DNA from: a virus
Lineage: Duplodnaviria > Caudoviricetes
Length of the DNA: 64,000 bases
Virus record (IMG/VR): IMGVR_UViG_3300049052_000033
Span: 1-64,000 of that record
Strand: one strand, 5' to 3'
Shown: in pieces, positions 7,753 to 17,617 of the stretch
Layout: every line of letters starts with the position of its first letter
Numbering within the stretch: the stretch's first letter is position 1
Position numbers and translations under genes: made by a program
Notes under the pieces: generated by a model
Seen by the model: only the letters and a program-made list of their open reading frames with translations
What the model was told of the DNA's origin: nothing
Database searches by the model: none

Positions 7753-10043
7753 TGGAAACTACCACCCCGACCGCCGAACAGGCCGCGCAAGCCGAATACA
7801 TCGCCGCGGCCACCGCTGGTATGCACAGCGACAGCCCGGCACCGTATCTGACCCTGGACGCGCTGGGCACGACCCTGCTGTCCGAGTTCAAGCGCGCCGA
7901 AGTGGAGCGCCGCCCGACCGAAGATCGCTGGCTGAAGGATCTGCGCCAGTACCGTGGCGTCTACGACCCGGACGTGCTGGCCCGGATCGGCGAGCGCCGT
8001 TCCAAGGCCTTCGTGCGCGCCACCCGCGTCAAGGTCAAGACCGTCGACGCACGTGTCGCCGACCTGCTGTTCCCGGCCAACTCCGACCGCAACTGGACCG
8101 CCGAGAACACGCCGAATCCGACCGTCGATAACGAGAGCAAGGAAACCCTGTACAAGGTCCTGACACAGCAGCTGGAACGCGAGCCCACCAAGCAGGAAAT
8201 GGATGCGGCGATCCTGAAGGGCGTCCAGTTCGCCGCGCGCCGCATGACGGCCGTCATTGACGACCAGTTGGCCGAGTCGCGCTACAAAGAGCAGGCGCGC
8301 CAGGTCCTGCATTCCGGCCACCTGTACGGCACCGGCGTGCTCAAGGCCCCCTTGGTCGAGCGCAAGACGCGCACCAAGTTTGTCAAGGAAAACGGCAAAT
8401 GGGTCCACAAAACGGTCAGTTACGTGGTGCCGTTCGTCGAATATGTACCGCTCTGGCGGTGGTATCCGGACATGAGCGCGACGACGCTGGAAGACTGCCG
8501 CTACGTGTGGGAGCGCCATGGCATGACCCGGGCCGCCTTGGTCAAGCTGGCGCGCCGCAAGACGTTCGACGGCCAGCGCATCCGCGACTATATCCTGACC
8601 CACCCGCACGGCCACCGCAGCGTGCAGCAATATGACAACGAACTGCGCCAGATCGGCGATCGCGTGTCGACCAACACCAAAGACGACGGCCAGTACGACG
8701 TGCTGGAACGCTGGGGGTGGCTGGACGGCGAACAGCTCGCTGGCGCCGGCGTCCATGTGCCGCCCGAGCGCATGCACGAAACGTTCTTCTCCAATGTCTG
8801 GATGCTGCCCAATGGACAGGTGATCAAGATCGCCCTGCAGCCTATCAACGGCGTGACCTGGCCATACCAGCTGTACTACGCGGACAAGGACGAGACCAGT
8901 ATTTTTGGTGACGGCTTTGCAGCCATCATGCGCGACGACCAGACCATGATCAACGCGGGCACCCGCATGATCCTCGACAACGCTGCGCTGACGGCCGGTC
9001 CGCAGCTGGAAGTGAACATGAAATTGCTGTCGCGCGGCGAACTGGCCGACGATATGTACCCGTTCAAAATCTGGAAGCGCAATGGCGAGGACCCGTCCAA
9101 CCCGGCCATCCGGGTGCTGACCATGCCGAACGGTCTGGAAGAACTTTTCCCGATCGTCAACATGTTCAAGGAGAACGCGGACGACGTGACAGCGATCCCG
9201 CGCTATATGCAGGGCGAGAATGCCACCGCCGGCGCCGCCGCCACCGCGTCCGGCATGTCGATGCTGATGGCCAACGCCTCCATCGTGATGAAGGACCTGA
9301 TCGCCAACTACGACGAGGGCATTACCCGGCCGTTCATCCAGGCGCTGTATTACTGGAACATGCAGTTCAACCCGGACAACAGTTGCAAGGGCGACTTCGA
9401 AATCAAGGCGCGCGGCACTGCGTCGCTGATGGCGAAAGAGATCCGCGCACAGCAACTGAATAACTTCGCCGCCACCATCGGGCCGGACGATGCTCCGTAT
9501 ATCAAGCGCGAAGAATTGCTGCGCCAACGGGCCGAAGCGCACGACCTGGCATCCATCATCAAGTCCGAAGAAGAAGTCAAGGCGGAACGCGACAGCGACG
9601 CAGCCAAGCAGCAGATGCAGATGGAGCAGCAGATGCAACAGCTGAACATGCTGACAGCGCAATTGCAGGCCAAGAAGCTGGAAGCGGAAGTCGCGCGCAT
9701 CGGTGCCGACATGCAGCGCCTGCTGGCCCAGGCCACCAAGACCAACGTCGACGCCGCCTACGCAGGCATGCAGGCTGGCGGTGTCGCCACCGAGCGCCCG
9801 GAAGTGGCCCCGGCCGGTGACGCCATCCTGAAATCGGCTGGGTTCAAGGACCAGACTCCCGACGAGGGCACGCCGACCGGCGCCACCCCCATTGCGTCCT
9901 CTGATGGCGGCACGTCGCAGAACGCGGCGACGGCGCCGATCGAGGACCCGTCGGTACCGGTTCAGGACCGTGACCCCGCCGGCGGCCAGGTCGGTGCCAA
10001 CGTCGGCGAACACGCCGGCTTCTACACCCCGGAAATCGAGTAA
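7752..10043 (+). CDS. Portal protein (podovirus type, C-terminal coiled coil)
   Basis: 763 aa directly after TerL; helical content, Q/M-rich coiled-coil C-terminus. Confidence 0.85.
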   Translation: METTTPTAEQAAQAEYIAAATAGMHSDSPAPYLTLDALGTTLLSEFKRAEVERRPTEDRWLKDLRQYRGVYDPDVLARIGERRSKAFVRATRVKVKTVDARVADLLFPANSDRNWTAENTPNPTVDNESKETLYKVLTQQLEREPTKQEMDAAILKGVQFAARRMTAVIDDQLAESRYKEQARQVLHSGHLYGTGVLKAPLVERKTRTKFVKENGKWVHKTVSYVVPFVEYVPLWRWYPDMSATTLEDCRYVWERHGMTRAALVKLARRKTFDGQRIRDYILTHPHGHRSVQQYDNELRQIGDRVSTNTKDDGQYDVLERWGWLDGEQLAGAGVHVPPERMHETFFSNVWMLPNGQVIKIALQPINGVTWPYQLYYADKDETSIFGDGFAAIMRDDQTMINAGTRMILDNAALTAGPQLEVNMKLLSRGELADDMYPFKIWKRNGEDPSNPAIRVLTMPNGLEELFPIVNMFKENADDVTAIPRYMQGENATAGAAATASGMSMLMANASIVMKDLIANYDEGITRPFIQALYYWNMQFNPDNSCKGDFEIKARGTASLMAKEIRAQQLNNFAATIGPDDAPYIKREELLRQRAEAHDLASIIKSEEEVKAERDSDAAKQQMQMEQQMQQLNMLTAQLQAKKLEAEVARIGADMQRLLAQATKTNVDAAYAGMQAGGVATERPEVAPAGDAILKSAGFKDQTPDEGTPTGATPIASSDGGTSQNAATAPIEDPSVPVQDRDPAGGQVGANVGEHAGFYTPEIE

Positions 10044-10285
10044 TGGATATCGATCGCACACCGCACGCACTGGCACACGAACAGGAACGGCTGATGGCCC
10101 ATGCCGGCAGTACCGCCCTGGCGCAAGCCGGACGGATGCTCGACGCGCTGTACCTGGACACGCTGGCAGAACTGGCCACCGTGCCCCCCGATCGATTGCA
10201 ATTCAAGCAAGGCGCACTGGCCCAGATCAAGGCCGTGCGTCAGGTGCTGGCCGACCCCAGTGCCGAGAACAGTCCCAAGGCGTAA
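10043..10285 (+). CDS. Hypothetical virion-cluster protein
   Basis: TAATG translational coupling to the portal gene. Confidence 0.65.
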   Translation: MDIDRTPHALAHEQERLMAHAGSTALAQAGRMLDALYLDTLAELATVPPDRLQFKQGALAQIKAVRQVLADPSAENSPKA

Positions 10286-10300
10286 CGACCCGCGCCACTC

Positions 10301-10325
10301 AGCCCGCCCAGCGCGGGTTTTTTTT
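10301..10325 (+). terminator. Intrinsic terminator
   Basis: GCCCGC/GCGGGT stem followed by 8 T. Confidence 0.75.
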
Positions 10326-10355
10326 CGCCCTGAAACCCCATAGGAGAACGCCAGC

Positions 10356-11300
10356 ATGGCTATTACCACCGAAGATCAACTGAAACAGGATCGCGCCGAC
10401 TTCGCCGACCAGTTCAACGCGGAAGACAAACCAAAAACCGTCCAGTCGGACGACGAGGCCTTCGGCCTGGCCGGCGACGCCGATGCCGGTAGCGGTGATG
10501 GCGCCACCGCTGGCGGCGACGAAGGCCAGGGCGATGCAGCCACTGCCGGCGCTGCCGGTGAAGGCGCCACCGCTGCGGCCGATACCAAACCGGACGAGAA
10601 AGCTGCCGCCCTGGCGGATCAGGAAAAGCAGCTGCGCGAACGCGAAGAACAGCTGGCGGCACGCGAAGCCGAACTGAAAGCCAAGGAGGCAGCGCTGGCT
10701 TCCGCCACCGTCGGCGAGCAGCAGACCAGTACCGATCCCGAAGCCAAGGATGGCAAGGGCGGCGAGAAGGACGACGACAGCGCCGGCGACGACGTCGAGA
10801 AGCTGCTGGGCGATGACTTCGGCCCCGAGTTTGTCTCCCTGCTGAAGCGCCTGATCAACAAGACCGTCGGCACCAGCCTGCGTGACGGTCTGGATCCACT
10901 GCAAACCCGCGTCGAGAACCTGATTCAGGACCTGCAGACCGAGCGCCATACCAACCACTTCAAAGCCATTGCCAAGGCCCACGCCGACTGCAACGACATC
11001 GTGGAGTCGCCGGCGTTCCAGGACTGGCTCAACTGCCATAGCGGCCCCGAAAAGGCCAAGCTGGACCGCGTCATCGACTCGGGCAGCGCCGACGAGATCA
11101 TCGACATGCTGACGCAGTTCAAAGATGCCCAGAAAGCGGCCGCCGGCGTCGCAAATGACGCGTCCGGTACCGGCGACGACTCCGCCAGTGGTAACGATGC
11201 CGAGATTGACGCCGCCGAAGGTGTCCGCTCGACCAGCCTGCAGCTGCCCAAGGAACCTACCGGCGACGACGACTACGCACGTGCCTGGGCCGAGTCCTGA
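10356..11300 (+). CDS. Probable capsid scaffolding protein
   Basis: Acidic, Ala-rich, coiled-coil protein between portal and capsid genes; GGAG RBS. Confidence 0.65.
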   Translation: MAITTEDQLKQDRADFADQFNAEDKPKTVQSDDEAFGLAGDADAGSGDGATAGGDEGQGDAATAGAAGEGATAAADTKPDEKAAALADQEKQLREREEQLAAREAELKAKEAALASATVGEQQTSTDPEAKDGKGGEKDDDSAGDDVEKLLGDDFGPEFVSLLKRLINKTVGTSLRDGLDPLQTRVENLIQDLQTERHTNHFKAIAKAHADCNDIVESPAFQDWLNCHSGPEKAKLDRVIDSGSADEIIDMLTQFKDAQKAAAGVANDASGTGDDSASGNDAEIDAAEGVRSTSLQLPKEPTGDDDYARAWAES

Positions 11301-11472
11301 GCAACACCGTGCCAGTGCGTCTCACTGGCGACGCTGCTGTTGGCGCATCAACAGAAACCTCCCTCCACAGCCGACGGCATGACGCCTGGCCTGCGGCGCC
11401 CAGCCGGGCTCCGCAGCGCCCAGTCACGTCCGTGCACTTCAGCTGCGACTTCAATTCATAGGAATCAACACA

Positions 11473-12474
11473 ATGGCAAACACCACCTACGGCGATATTT
11501 CGCCGCGTACCGCCGCTTATGCGGAGAAGGAGCTGCTGAAGCGCGCGCTCCCGTTCCTGGTGCTGGAAAAGTTCGGTCAGGCGAAGCCCCTGCCGGCTAA
11601 CAACTCCAAAACCATCACCTTCCGCCGCTACACCGCGCTTGACAATACCCCGACCACCCTGACCGAAGGCGTCACCCCAGGTTCGCTGTCGATGCAGTCG
11701 ACCGACGTCCCATGCGTGCTGTCGCAATACGGCTCCATGATCACCATCAGCGACGTCATCGTGGACACCCACGAAGACAACATCCTGAACGAGGCCATCG
11801 AGCTACTGGGCGAGCAGGCCGCGCAGATGATCGAGCGCATGCGCTACGGCATTCTGCGTGCCGGCACCAATGTGGTCTACGCCAACGGCGCCGTGCGCAG
11901 CGCGGTCAATACACCGATCAGCCTGGCACTGCAGCGCAAAGTGGTGAAGGCCCTGAAGCGCCAGAACGCCGAACAGATCACCAAAGTGGTCCGTTCCACC
12001 GCCGCGTTCGGCACCGAATCGGTGGCCAAGGCGTTCATCGGCCTGTGCCACCCGGACTGTGAAGCGGATATCCGCAACATGCTGGGCGCCGACGGCAAGT
12101 CCTGCTTCACCCCGGTAGAAAAGTACGGCTCCATGTCCCCGTATGAAAACGAGTTCGGCAAGGTCGAAGACGTGCGCTACCTGTCGTCCACCATCTTCGC
12201 GCCATGGGCTGATGCCGGCGGCGCGAAAGGCACCATGACCTCCACCGGCGGCGCCAACGCCGACGTCTACCCGATCCTGTACCTGGCGGCCAATGCCTAC
12301 GCGATCGTGGCACTGAAAGGCATGTTCGCGCTGACTCCGATGGTGGTCAATCCGAAGCCATCCGATTCCGACCCGATGGCGCAACGCGCCCGCGTGTCCT
12401 GGAAGGCCATGCAGGGCGCCGTCATCCTGAATGACGCCTGGATGTGCCGTCTGGAAGTCGGCGTCACCGCCTAA
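11473..12474 (+). CDS. Major capsid protein, N4-gp56 family
   Basis: TTYGDISPRTAAYA...FGQAKPLPANNSKTITFRRY N-terminus characteristic of this family. Confidence 0.9.
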   Translation: MANTTYGDISPRTAAYAEKELLKRALPFLVLEKFGQAKPLPANNSKTITFRRYTALDNTPTTLTEGVTPGSLSMQSTDVPCVLSQYGSMITISDVIVDTHEDNILNEAIELLGEQAAQMIERMRYGILRAGTNVVYANGAVRSAVNTPISLALQRKVVKALKRQNAEQITKVVRSTAAFGTESVAKAFIGLCHPDCEADIRNMLGADGKSCFTPVEKYGSMSPYENEFGKVEDVRYLSSTIFAPWADAGGAKGTMTSTGGANADVYPILYLAANAYAIVALKGMFALTPMVVNPKPSDSDPMAQRARVSWKAMQGAVILNDAWMCRLEVGVTA

Positions 12475-12488
12475 TCCATCCCCCTGAA

Positions 12489-12513
12489 AGCGCCCACTTC
12501 GGTGGGCGTTTTT
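12489..12513 (+). terminator. Intrinsic terminator after the capsid gene
   Basis: CGCCCAC-TTCG-GTGGGCG followed by TTTTTT. Confidence 0.85.
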
Positions 12514-12534
12514 TCCTGACAAGAGAGAACCACC

Positions 12535-12888
12535 ATGGCTAAGAATACCTCCGCTGTAACCACCCTTGACGACGAACCGAGCACCGAGCTGGCCGCCGCC
12601 GCAAAACCTTCCAACGAACTGCCGGTCACCGACCACGGCGGCAACTTTTCCGGCAAGCGCCTGCGCCTGACCATCCAATCCGGTGAAGGCGTCGTCGGCC
12701 GTCAGGCCGTGTTTGTCGGCGTGAATACCGTCGGCTTCAACATTCCACGCGACACCCCGGTCATCGTGCCGGAAGAAGTCGTGCAGCAGCTGAAAAACTG
12801 CGTGCAGGTCGTCTACGAACCGGACGAGAAGGGCGTGCAGCGCGAACGCGAAGTGTCGCGCTTCTCCATTACGGTCGAGCCGGTCTAA
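12535..12888 (+). CDS. Hypothetical virion-associated protein
   Basis: Position after the capsid gene, RBS, typical codon usage. Confidence 0.7.
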   Translation: MAKNTSAVTTLDDEPSTELAAAAKPSNELPVTDHGGNFSGKRLRLTIQSGEGVVGRQAVFVGVNTVGFNIPRDTPVIVPEEVVQQLKNCVQVVYEPDEKGVQREREVSRFSITVEPV

Positions 12889-12894
12889 TCGCCC

Positions 12895-13524
12895 ATGGCC
12901 AGCCTGTCCGACTTCCTGCCGCACGTGCTGCCCCATGTCCCGGGCTGCGCCGTGCCCCTTGCCCTGCAGCAGATCCGCCACGTGTGCATCGACTTCTGTA
13001 CCAAGGCGCCCATCGTGCAGGTCGAGCTGGACCCGATCGACGTGCTAGCCGGACAGGCCCAGTACGACATTGACACCCCGCCCGGTACCGACGTCAGCCT
13101 GATCCTAACTGCCACGTGGCGCGGTCTCCCGCTGCCGGTGCTCACCGGCGGCAAGGCTGGACAGATCCTGGCCAACCGCCCCACCGGACAACCAAGCGGG
13201 CTGGTCCAGGCGGCCGACAACACCTTCACGCTGAACAGCACGCCAACTGAAGCCCAGCGTGGCGCCATCGGCCTGCTGGTCTCCACACGACCAACGCGCA
13301 CCGCCATGAGCGTGGCCGACGTTCTGCTGAACGACTACGCCCACGAAATCGGGCTGGGGGTAGTGGCCCGGCTGGTGGTCCTTCCAGGGCAACCTTTCAG
13401 CGCCCCGGGCAACGCCGCGTATTACAAAGGCGAGTACGAGCGCGCCCGGACCGAAGCCCGCATCGAGGCCGAACGCAGCTTCGGTGCCGCCTCGCACCAG
13501 GTGCGCCCGCGCGCCTTCCAGTAG
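12895..13524 (+). CDS. Probable head-tail adaptor protein
   Basis: LSDFLPHVLPHVPGC...IRHVCIDFC pattern; position in the operon. Confidence 0.6.
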   Translation: MASLSDFLPHVLPHVPGCAVPLALQQIRHVCIDFCTKAPIVQVELDPIDVLAGQAQYDIDTPPGTDVSLILTATWRGLPLPVLTGGKAGQILANRPTGQPSGLVQAADNTFTLNSTPTEAQRGAIGLLVSTRPTRTAMSVADVLLNDYAHEIGLGVVARLVVLPGQPFSAPGNAAYYKGEYERARTEARIEAERSFGAASHQVRPRAFQ

Positions 13525-13570
13525 CGCCACGGGCACCGGCGCGCCCCTCCATTTCAAAGAAGGAAACCCC

Positions 13571-14173
13571 ATGGGAACCGTTACCGCCCGCAGCGTGCTC
13601 CGGCGCGTCGGCGTCCTGCTGCACGACACCAGCTTTGTGCACTGGACCGAATCCGAACTGCTGGACTACTTGTGCGACGGCCAGCGCGAAGCCGTCATTC
13701 ACAAACCGAGCGCCTTCGTTCGCCAGGTCGAATTCGTCTGCGCCGCCGGCACCTTGCAAACCTTGCCCGTCGATGCCAACACCCTCGTGGATATCCCGTG
13801 CAACACCAATGGGCCAGCCATCAGCGTCACGGCACGCACCGCGCTCGACAGCCTGGCGCCTGACTGGCACCAACACAAAGCAGACCCACAGGTCCTGCAC
13901 TTTTGCTACAACCCGCAAGATCCCAAGCACTTCTACGTCTACCCCCGCTCACCTGGTGGCAACCGCATCCAGCTGAGCTACAACGCCGTCCCGCCGGACA
14001 TCGGCATCGATGCGCCGCTCACGCTGGACGACCTGTATGTCGGCGCCCTGGTCGATTACGTCATCTACCGCGCCTATAGCAAAGACAGCGAGCACGCGGC
14101 CCACGGCGACGCAGCACAGCGCCATTACGGCGCCTTCCTGACCTCCTTGGTCGGCAAAACCAAAGCAACCTAG
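13571..14173 (+). CDS. Probable adaptor/connector protein
   Basis: VHWTESELLDYLCDGQR...ALVDYVIYRAYSKDSE pattern; AGGA RBS. Confidence 0.6.
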   Translation: MGTVTARSVLRRVGVLLHDTSFVHWTESELLDYLCDGQREAVIHKPSAFVRQVEFVCAAGTLQTLPVDANTLVDIPCNTNGPAISVTARTALDSLAPDWHQHKADPQVLHFCYNPQDPKHFYVYPRSPGGNRIQLSYNAVPPDIGIDAPLTLDDLYVGALVDYVIYRAYSKDSEHAAHGDAAQRHYGAFLTSLVGKTKAT

Positions 14174-14186
14174 TTGAGGGCATTCC

Positions 14187-14768
14187 GTGGTCACTACCGT
14201 AAAAGTCACCTGCCTGGCACGCGGGCAAGACGGCTCCCCCGTTCCCGGAGCGATTGTCAACGCCAAGCTTTCGGGTGTGGAGGTCGATAGCGCCGCAGGA
14301 TATGTGCTGCCCAAGCAGGTCACCGCGATCGCGGATGCCAGCGGCATCGCCGTCCTGTCCCTCTGGCCCAATCAGCTGGGGTCAACCGCCACATTCTACG
14401 AAGTCAAGATCACCAACCCCGTGACCGGCAAGACAGTCAGGGTCGACGCAACGATTCCCAACGCCGATTGCCAGCTGCACCTGGTGGCCAATCTGCCACC
14501 GTATGAAGGCAAACCCGATGGGCAGCTCGCCGTGGACGCCGCGGCGCAAAGTGCCAATTCGGCTAACGCCGCTGCCCTCACTGCCGTTGCGGCTCGGGAC
14601 GCTACGCAGGCCCTCCTGGCCTCGCCGCTCGCCCTCACCAATCAAACCACCACCACAACCGTTGGCACCGCCGGCGCCGCTGCGCCGTTGCCCGCAACAC
14701 CGCTGGGCTACTGGACTACAACCTTCAACGGCATCGCGGTCAAGATCCCTTTCTATAAAGCCGAGTAG
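14187..14768 (+). CDS. Short tail-fibre-like protein
   Basis: GTG start; first ~135 aa are paralogous to the N-terminus of the next gene. Confidence 0.7.
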   Translation: MVTTVKVTCLARGQDGSPVPGAIVNAKLSGVEVDSAAGYVLPKQVTAIADASGIAVLSLWPNQLGSTATFYEVKITNPVTGKTVRVDATIPNADCQLHLVANLPPYEGKPDGQLAVDAAAQSANSANAAALTAVAARDATQALLASPLALTNQTTTTTVGTAGAAAPLPATPLGYWTTTFNGIAVKIPFYKAE

Positions 14769-14824
14769 TTGGCGACGGGAAGGCCAATGGCTGCGCTGCG
14801 CTAACCAATTTTTGAGGCAATTCT

Positions 14825-17617
14825 TTGGTAACTACCGTTAAAGTCACCATCTTGGCCAGCGAGCAGGATGGCATGCCGATCGCGGGCGCCGTTGTCACGG
14901 CCAAACTTTCGGGGCTGGAAGTCGATGCCGTTGCGGGCTACATTCTGCCCCACCAGATGACGGCAACGGCTGACGCCCAAGGCGTTGCCGTGCTGTCGCT
15001 GTGGCCGAACCAGCTTGGCAACACCGAGACGTTCTACGAGTTCAAGATCACCGATCCCGCTACGGGCAAGTCCGCGCGTATCCAGGCCAGCATTCCAAAC
15101 GGCGATTGCAAACTCCACATGGTGGCGAACCTGCCGCCGTATGAAGGCAAGCCGGATGGCCAGCTGGCCGCCGATGCGGCGGCAGCCAACGCAGTCATCG
15201 CAGCGAATGCGGCGAACACTGCCGTGGCGGCGCGTGACATTGCTACCGCTGCGCGGGATATTGTGGTGCCGGCACAAGACACCGCTGTCGCTGCCGCCAA
15301 CAGCGCCGCGGCAAGCGAGGCAAGCGCTTTCGCATCCAAGAATGCAGCCGGTGCGTCCGCCGCGGGCGCCGCCGCCAGCGAAGTCAATGCGCTTGCGTCC
15401 AAGAACGCCGCGAACACGGCCGCCGCCAACGCTGCAACCAGCGAGGCGAATGCCCTGGCGTCGAAAAACACCGCTGTTTCCTCTGCCACCAATGCGGCCA
15501 CCAGCGAGGCGAGCGCGCTGTCGTCCAAGAATGCCGCCGCGGCCTCGGCCACTGGTGCCTCTACGTCCGCGACCAACGCCGCAGGATCGGCGACCGCTGC
15601 CGCTGGGGCGGCCACCACCGCCACGACAAAGGCCGACGAGGCAGCGGCTTCCGCTACCGCTGCCGCCACGTCGGCGCAGCAGGCCGCCATCGCCGCCGCC
15701 GGCCAAGTGCAAGCCGATTGGTCGCTAACCGATGCCTCCAACAAAGGGTTCATCAAGAACAAGCCGGCCCTGGCGGCGGTGGCTACGAGCGGGAACAAGG
15801 CGGACATTGGGCTGGGTAGTGTCGACAATACGCCGGATGCAAACAAACCGGTTTCTGGACCGACTCAGACCGCGCTCAACGCCAAAGTCAATTCGTCGCT
15901 GCTTGGCGCCGCAAACGGCGTGGCGACGCTCGGTTCGGACGGCAAAGTGCCGGCAGGACAGTTACCATCCTATGTGGACGATGTAATCGAAGTTGCGACG
16001 AAGTCCGCGCTTCCGGCCACCGGCGAAACCAGCAAGATCTATGTGGTCATCACCGACGAATCGCGCGGCGGGGCAACCTCGCAGTACCGTTGGTCTGGGA
16101 CGGCGTATACCCGCATCCCGACCTCTCCTGGTTCGACCGATGAAGTGCCAGAAGGCTCCACCAACCGGTATTTCACGGAAAGCCGCGTGATTGCGGCCCT
16201 CTTGACGGGCCTGTCCACCGCCACCAATGCAGTCATTGGCGCCGGGGACTCGATCCTCGTAGGCATAGGGAAACTGCAAGCGCAGATCACCGCAGCGCTG
16301 GCGTCGATCGCCACCAAGGCGGCGAAGGGCGCAAATACCGATATCACCTCGTTGGCAGGGCTGAATAGCGTAGAAATCAACGCTGCCGTCCCATACATCT
16401 ACCTGAACGAAACGGACCAGTCGGGTAGCGTGGGCAAGTGGCGCATCCTCGCGGAGGGCGGGGCATTCCGGATCGACATGAACACGGCAGCGGCCCGGGA
16501 CTTCTCGACGGCGGCGAATAGCCTGCTAACCATCGACTCATCGGGGAAGTGCACCACCAATGGCAGCGTTGTGCAGGGCGGTGGAGCGGCACAAGGCAAC
16601 AACCGGATCTACCTCGGGTGGGGTAACGTCAACGGAGGACTGAAATGCACCGTCGATGCGACCGACCAGGGATTCATTCCATTTTCTGGTAGCAATCCTG
16701 CCGTCAATGGGGCCAATTTTGGCTTTGCCGCGACGTACACCGGTCTGTTGGCAGCCAACGGCGGGCTAACCGCCTCCGGGAATACCATCCTGAGCAATGG
16801 CAACTCGCTGGCCTTAACCGTGAATGGCAATGCTCAAATCAACTACGGCATGCAAGTACAGGGCGCGCCAGCTGCATACTTCACTTGCGGTGGGCTTCTG
16901 TCTTCCATCGGCGGAACCGGGATGGTACAGACAGGCACAACCGCTGGCCTGAACATCGTCTATGACTACCAGGCTATTCAGGCACGTAACAACGGTGCGG
17001 CATCAACGCTCGTCCTGAACTATTACGGCGGCGCGGTGAATGTCTACTCTGGTGGACTGAACGTCTACAGCGGTAATGGCATCTACACCACTGGTCCTTC
17101 GTTCGCGGATGGTTGGGGTTACTTCCGCGCCACCACAGACGTAAAGATCGGATTGTATCGCGGTGGCGCGCAGTCAGAGGGATACATCGGCGCCAGTGTC
17201 GGAAACAATTTCTGCTTTATTGCGATCAATAAGGACAACACCGCCTACCGCTTCGCCGTCGATAACAACGGCAATACGGTAGCGTGGGGGAACGTCACCG
17301 CGTACTCCGACGAACGTCTGAAGGCCAACTGGCGTGACCTCGGCCCGGGTTTTATTGAGAAATGGTCCAAGGTTCGATATGGGGTGTTTGACCGTAAGGA
17401 CATCCGTCTTACACAGGTTGGCCTCTCGGCGCAGTCAGTGCGGGCCGTCCTTCCCTACGCCGTGGACAGGCAAGTGAACGGCTATCTGTCCGTGAACTAC
17501 GGCCCTGCCGCGGCGGTGGCTACTGTCGAACTGGCGAAGGAAGTTATCGCACTGCGCTCTCGCCTGGACGCGCAAGAAAAACTAATCAAAAAACTGATGA
17601 AGAAGGTTCGGATCTGA
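14825..17617 (+). CDS. Long tail fibre with C-terminal intramolecular chaperone (peptidase S74-like)
   Basis: Ala-rich SEANALASKNAA repeats, G/N-rich beta region, YSDERLK chaperone motif followed by a coiled coil; TTG start. Confidence 0.85.
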   Translation: MVTTVKVTILASEQDGMPIAGAVVTAKLSGLEVDAVAGYILPHQMTATADAQGVAVLSLWPNQLGNTETFYEFKITDPATGKSARIQASIPNGDCKLHMVANLPPYEGKPDGQLAADAAAANAVIAANAANTAVAARDIATAARDIVVPAQDTAVAAANSAAASEASAFASKNAAGASAAGAAASEVNALASKNAANTAAANAATSEANALASKNTAVSSATNAATSEASALSSKNAAAASATGASTSATNAAGSATAAAGAATTATTKADEAAASATAAATSAQQAAIAAAGQVQADWSLTDASNKGFIKNKPALAAVATSGNKADIGLGSVDNTPDANKPVSGPTQTALNAKVNSSLLGAANGVATLGSDGKVPAGQLPSYVDDVIEVATKSALPATGETSKIYVVITDESRGGATSQYRWSGTAYTRIPTSPGSTDEVPEGSTNRYFTESRVIAALLTGLSTATNAVIGAGDSILVGIGKLQAQITAALASIATKAAKGANTDITSLAGLNSVEINAAVPYIYLNETDQSGSVGKWRILAEGGAFRIDMNTAAARDFSTAANSLLTIDSSGKCTTNGSVVQGGGAAQGNNRIYLGWGNVNGGLKCTVDATDQGFIPFSGSNPAVNGANFGFAATYTGLLAANGGLTASGNTILSNGNSLALTVNGNAQINYGMQVQGAPAAYFTCGGLLSSIGGTGMVQTGTTAGLNIVYDYQAIQARNNGAASTLVLNYYGGAVNVYSGGLNVYSGNGIYTTGPSFADGWGYFRATTDVKIGLYRGGAQSEGYIGASVGNNFCFIAINKDNTAYRFAVDNNGNTVAWGNVTAYSDERLKANWRDLGPGFIEKWSKVRYGVFDRKDIRLTQVGLSAQSVRAVLPYAVDRQVNGYLSVNYGPAAAVATVELAKEVIALRSRLDAQEKLIKKLMKKVRI

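Noticed and set aside
7746-10076. 776-aa minus-strand ORF opposite the portal gene (likewise 21720-23120, 29668-32721, 35713-36897, 37240-38571)
   Set aside because: Antisense shadow ORFs expected from strong GC3 bias in the real genes; no motifs, no RBS, and exact overlap with well-supported sense genes.
15240-15700. Tandem repeats in the tail fibre gene as a CRISPR array or VNTR
   Set aside because: They are degenerate in-frame Ala-rich coiled-coil repeats (SEANALASKNAA), ordinary for tail fibres; there are no constant repeats with unique spacers anywhere in the window.
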